DNA of 64,000 nucleotides from Orbicella franksi (Eukaryota): NCBI GenBank assembly GCA_964199315.1, contig OZ116698.1, positions 16,492,001 to 16,556,000 of the forward strand, read 5' to 3'. Shown piece by piece: positions 59,723 to 64,000 of this stretch (position 1 is its first letter; each line of letters starts with the position of its first letter). The notes under the pieces were generated by a model. It saw only the letters and a program-made list of their open reading frames with translations, ran no database searches and was not told where the DNA came from. The position numbers and the translations under genes were made by a program.

Positions 59723-60236
59723 AAATAAACCCCTTCTGGCCCCTGGTATGTCAGCTGATAATGTCCGCGGCTGAGATATTGTCCGAAAAATGAATATTTG
59801 GCCGAGAAGCGAAGCTTCGAGGGCAAATGTGAAATTTTGAGGTCAATCTCTCAGCCAAGGACATTATCAGCCCACATACCAGAGAGCCAGAAAGGGGTTC
59901 ATTTATTTTATAACCCTCCCATTAATTTTCTGGATATTTTGTTGACTCTTTTGTACTTATCAGAACAGCATTGGCGACCAAATTTTTTTAATGTCATTAT
60001 CTGTGGATTCCACGAAAAAAGTTTGTTTTTCGTCCATGAAAAAATAACGAAGATGAAAAGGTGAAATTCTAGAGCTGGATTTATTCTTTTTAGCTTTGTT
60101 TCTTTTCGAGGGAAACAGTCACAGGGCAATTATCGACGCAGGCGGAGGTTATTGCGTGATAACTGCCCAGTAATTTTGCACCAAGCGACGTAAAGTAGCC
60201 AATAGAATCGCGCGAAAATTAACCAAGGGTTATAAC
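59723..60236. mobile_element. Repeat element beginning with a ~180-bp imperfect palindrome (59723-59904) centred on GAAGC-GAA-GCTTC
   Basis: AAATAAACCCCTTCTGGCCCCTGGTATGTCAGCTGATAATGTCC / GGACATTATCAGCCCACATACCAGAGAGCCAGAAAGGGGTTCATTT; further TTATAACCCT...AGGGTTATAA inverted decamer. Confidence 0.7.
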
Positions 60237-62016
60237 GACCTATAACCGACGTAAAACTCTTGACTAGCCCTCCCCTTGGTTACCCCTCTTTCGTGTAGGG
60301 GCTACATAGCATCAATTCTTTTCGTCTTTAATTGGGAAGGGGTGAGAGTGGTAATAATCTGGAGATCGAGAATGGATATGCTAATGATGATTCTAGCAAT
60401 AGCTTTAATACGTAATTGGCATGAATTTCTCTCGCTACGCAGCCTGTTATTTATTCATTTTTATATTGTTCACCGATAAAAGGTAAACGTTCTTGCATAT
60501 TTCAACTGTCATTCTGTTGTTCAATAAAAGGTATCTATTGGCTATGGGCCAATGTTAGAAATGATCCCTCTTCTTGGAATCAATGCGCAATAACTTCGTT
60601 TCTCGACAGCCCCTCCCCTTTCTTAAGTGTTTTGATTGTATACGTTCTTTATTCTTTTGCGTCTAGTTCGAGAAACGGCGTTGAAACAACTCGCCAAAAG
60701 GCAACAGCAGGCCTGAGCAGTACAATTAGCACAAAAGCTTTACGGCTAATCGACCGACCCCTAATTTACATTTCATTTGCATAATTTGACCACCCACAAC
60801 AACTCATAACTTAAAATCGGAATTCACGAGTTAAAAAGAGTAAGAAGCAGCGGCCAAATTGAATAACCAGGGCATCAAAAGCAAAAGCGAAATCTCATCA
60901 TTCACTTGCAACAACTGGGGAAAAGAACTCGGTCCGCAGGCCTTGCAGCACCAACAACTGACTACACGTGCATTGCACCGTTGTCTTACTGGGAAGGGGC
61001 AAGGTCATGATGGCCTTACAGAACCGAACCCATAATGATCCAATCACAAATACGAACTTTAGAGAAAACAGGGTTTGTTGTGAGATGTCCTGTCGTCTTC
61101 GGCAATTGCTCTAACCAAGAGAGTATCTGCATGTGGCCTCGATTAGTTGCTGGAATGGCGAATTAATAAAGATACAGCTAACAGAAACTTCTTCTGAGGA
61201 GAAGAGTGGAGTGAGGTTTACATACTGAAATGCCTTCGGCGTCGTAACCAAAGATAACTTTCAACTGCTCGCTAGGGTCACGAGAAGGTTGTGAGCGAAG
61301 AAGATAAACAGACTCTTAAGTGTTATCGATCTCCATTAATTTCAATGATACTTTACCGAAGAAACATAAATTACCAGTACAAGGGCGCAGCTTCTTCACT
61401 CAGTCGCGGTCAGGTAAAATTGAACTATAACAGGGTATGCAAGACTTCTTCTGCGTCTTTCAAACCATGTGTATTAAAAATTCTATCTAAACAGAAATCT
61501 ACTGGCGTTCTTACAGCTATTTGTATTTCAATAGTTTGTGACATTTCGTATTGGAGACCTGCTGCACGGAGTCGTTTTAAAGGTGAACCATGTTCAATGG
61601 GCGTAGACTTGTCGAGTGGTCACAGCCCTCTTTTTGACCAACCAATGAGTTCATTTCTCGTGACATTTGACTTTCCTTTCGAGAACATTAAACAAGTGAT
61701 TCTAATGGGGTTTGCGAGGAATCAATTTTTAATTGAAGCACCAAAGAAATCGTCTGCTCTTGCGATAATTTAGATGCTTTTTCTTTGCGGAATTCACTTA
61801 ATTTGTAGAGGTGACATTGTATTCTCCTTGTGTACGTCGAACAGAAAATATAAAGCCACATTTTAACACGAGCACTATGGAGTACTCGAAAGAGTCGAAT
61901 TTCACTTTTGGAAGAGATAAAACTCGTTGAAATTACAAGAGAAACTATCGCCATTCTAAGGTATCCTCGAAGATTGAAGACACGCGTAAGGTGATGTGGA
62001 GCCTGTGAAAAGAATT

Positions 62017-63608
62017 ATGGCGCTGCTGGCACTGTTAGGGAGTTTTCAATGGCAAAGATGGATCTCTTTTCTCGTTCTTGCTTGTGCCGTCCTCGCCTAC
62101 AGGAAATTAGGTAATTGTCCTAATACGCTTCACTTCTGTGACAGTCTAATGCGTAGAGGCCCCCTTGTACAGTCAAACCTTTCATAATTGTTAACCTCGT
62201 TCCAGGTCAATTAATTTTACTATATTCCAACCCCATGTCACTTGACCCTCTTTTTGTCACTTAAGAATTATTTTACTTGTATTTGGTTTGCTGTTTAACT
62301 AGGTGGTCGCTTGCAAAGTTTTAGGACTTTAAGACATTTCACCTTTTCCCTGTCAAGTTCGAGATATTATTCCTTATCCTTCATTTCATACTTTATTTTT
62401 ATGTTAATTGTGAGAATCTGTCTTTATTTTAGAACAATATTCTCAAACCAAAGTTTCCCTCTATTTCTTGGTTGTACCTTAAAGAAAATTAGGTTACACC
62501 AGAAGTTAATTTTCTATGCTATTATAAACCTCTGATAACACTAAAATGTAACACTGTACTGAGATAATCGAAATATGGAAGGCAAGTGTCTCGCAAATGA
62601 CATTGGATTAACTCAATGAGTAGAGAAATAAACAAGAACGATCGACCCAATTAAACATAAAAATATGATTCATATCATTTTGTTGCGCCTTTTCTAAACG
62701 AGAAAATTGAGACAGATTTAATAAACGGATGTATGCAGGCGCCCCCACTGTTGGGTAACCATGTTTGTTTCCCTCCCTTCTGGTTGTTCGCTTTATGATC
62801 TTGCTGGTGCCTATTAACTTCACAATAAGGCTACATTTTTCTCACTTTATGCGTAGAAGATATTCCAGGAAACACAAGGCAGTTCATTTCTAAAATAAAC
62901 CACAATTGCCGAGACTTCAAGGGAGTTCTCAATAGATGTCACGTGTGGAAAGATATGGGTTTCTGCTTCAAATATCGTCGACAAATGCAGCACGTGTGCA
63001 ACAGAACCTGCCAGTACTGCAGTGAGTATTCTTTTGCCACACTGTCCTTGATGAGTAAATTTTTCAGTATAGGTTGATTGGTCACTGATGTAACAATGGA
63101 AAGTGGTGTAAAATTGGGAGAGGGAAATGCTTTGACTAATAATTTTACAGTTTGTGTCATTCATCGACTAAGCGTTTAGAACGTGCGCTTTCGTGCTTAC
63201 TGAATTTATTCATTTGCTTATTTGCTGATTTGCCTACTTAGTCATTTATTTATTTGTTTGTTTATTTACTATTTCTTCGCCGTAGAAGAAAAGTATATAC
63301 GATAGCAGAATTGCAAAACAAGTTATACGTTCTCTCAACAACTAAAGTGGAACTTGGCATTTTGTTGTAAAAAAAATTCTGTTTGTTATTAGTTCCAGGT
63401 CAGAAGCAATGGCAAGTTATAGACATAAAGGGAGTCTGGGGTGAAGTAAGAAAACCAGGCGTTGCGCATGGCATGTCGTCAGCGGTGCAGCCCAAGGTTA
63501 AGGCTCTAGCTGTACAAATTTTGGGAAAAGAAAGAGCGCCACAAGTCGACGATGCAGCCAGTGCTATAGCAACGCAGCTGGAAGATGGAATTGATCGCGG
63601 AATCTCAG
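62017..63608 (+). CDS. ShKT-domain protein with hydrophobic N-terminus; 3' end unresolved (may run out of the window)
   Basis: Exons 62017-62110 (MALLALLGSFQWQRWISFLVLACAVLAYRKL), 62857-63021 (NCRDFKGVLNRCHVWKDMGFCFKYRRQMQHVCNRTCQYC), then 63393 or 63399 to a weak donor at 63608 or read-through to the stop at 63718. Introns 1 and 2 are phase 1. Confidence 0.7.
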
Positions 63609-64000
63609 GTTTTAACCATAATCTCAGCGAACCTTGCTCTAACAAGAATAAAATACAGACATACATCCTTTATGTCTTGCCTCAAAGGACAATTTTTAAG
63701 AAGATCATCCCTAAATAAAAAAGGACCCTGGCTTTTATAGGAGAGACACCTAACCACATTTTTTTTTATTAGCTTTGCCTTCATGATACAAGAAAAAAAC
63801 ATTACAATCAATATGTAGAGGTTTGGCAGGGACATCGTAACAGCTAAGTAGCCAATTACTGCGGGCCCAGAAATAAAATATATGTAAAAAGAAAGAAAGA
63901 AAAACCACATTACATGCAGCACATTATTGGTACGTCTAGAAATCTTGTGGAGTTGCAATTCAAACAGACGGTTTTAAACGTTCGAGGATTGTCCGGATTG

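Noticed and set aside
60775-60782. Octamer ATTTGCAT as the distal element of an snRNA gene
   Set aside because: No recognisable snRNA, 7SK or other Pol III RNA sequence nearby; a lone 8-mer is expected by chance.
61245-61254. TCTTTGGTTA (minus), identical to the first 10 nt of miR-9
   Set aside because: The match stops at 10 nt, no precursor hairpin is evident, and miR-9 is a bilaterian family.
61291-61773. 160-aa plus-strand ORF
   Set aside because: No ATG at the listed start, no recognisable motif and no supporting splice structure; left unannotated.
62847-63958. Minus-strand ORFs 62847-63164, 63400-63666 and 63605-63958
   Set aside because: The first two overlap the better-supported plus-strand ShKT gene exons. 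The hydrophobic stretch in the third lacks a canonical GT donor and a downstream partner exon.

Overview
Eukaryotic genomic DNA with spliceosomal GT-AG introns. ShKT/CAP genes, an NLR and the SINE/MITE families suggest a cnidarian, probably a stony coral (inference). I assembled eight spliced genes by hand, and exon phases and lengths close in frame for all but the last, whose 3' end is unresolved. (1) PRPF38B, minus, 42-5033. (2) A 1341-aa NLR, minus, 8045-20926, with an N-terminal HEPN-like domain carrying an intact RNDWAH (R-x4-H) motif, a ~110-aa coiled coil, NACHT and ~14 RI-type LRRs. (3) WDR83/MORG1, minus, 27318-31485. Then a ~30-kb cluster of mostly secreted proteins: (4) an Ala/Pro/Thr-rich mucin-like protein; (5) a 3xShKT protein; (6) a 64-aa single-pass membrane protein; (7) a small CAP protein converging on a 1326-aa CAP-ShKT-ShKT-CAP protein; (8) a further ShKT gene near the window end. 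Introns and intergenic DNA contain LINE, Penelope and SINE fragments, many MITE-like inverted-repeat elements, a 4x258-bp tandem array and a foldback element with 10-bp minisatellite arms. The best leads are the putative RNase-effector NLR and the ShKT/CAP cluster. All domain calls come from motif recognition by eye; no searches were run.
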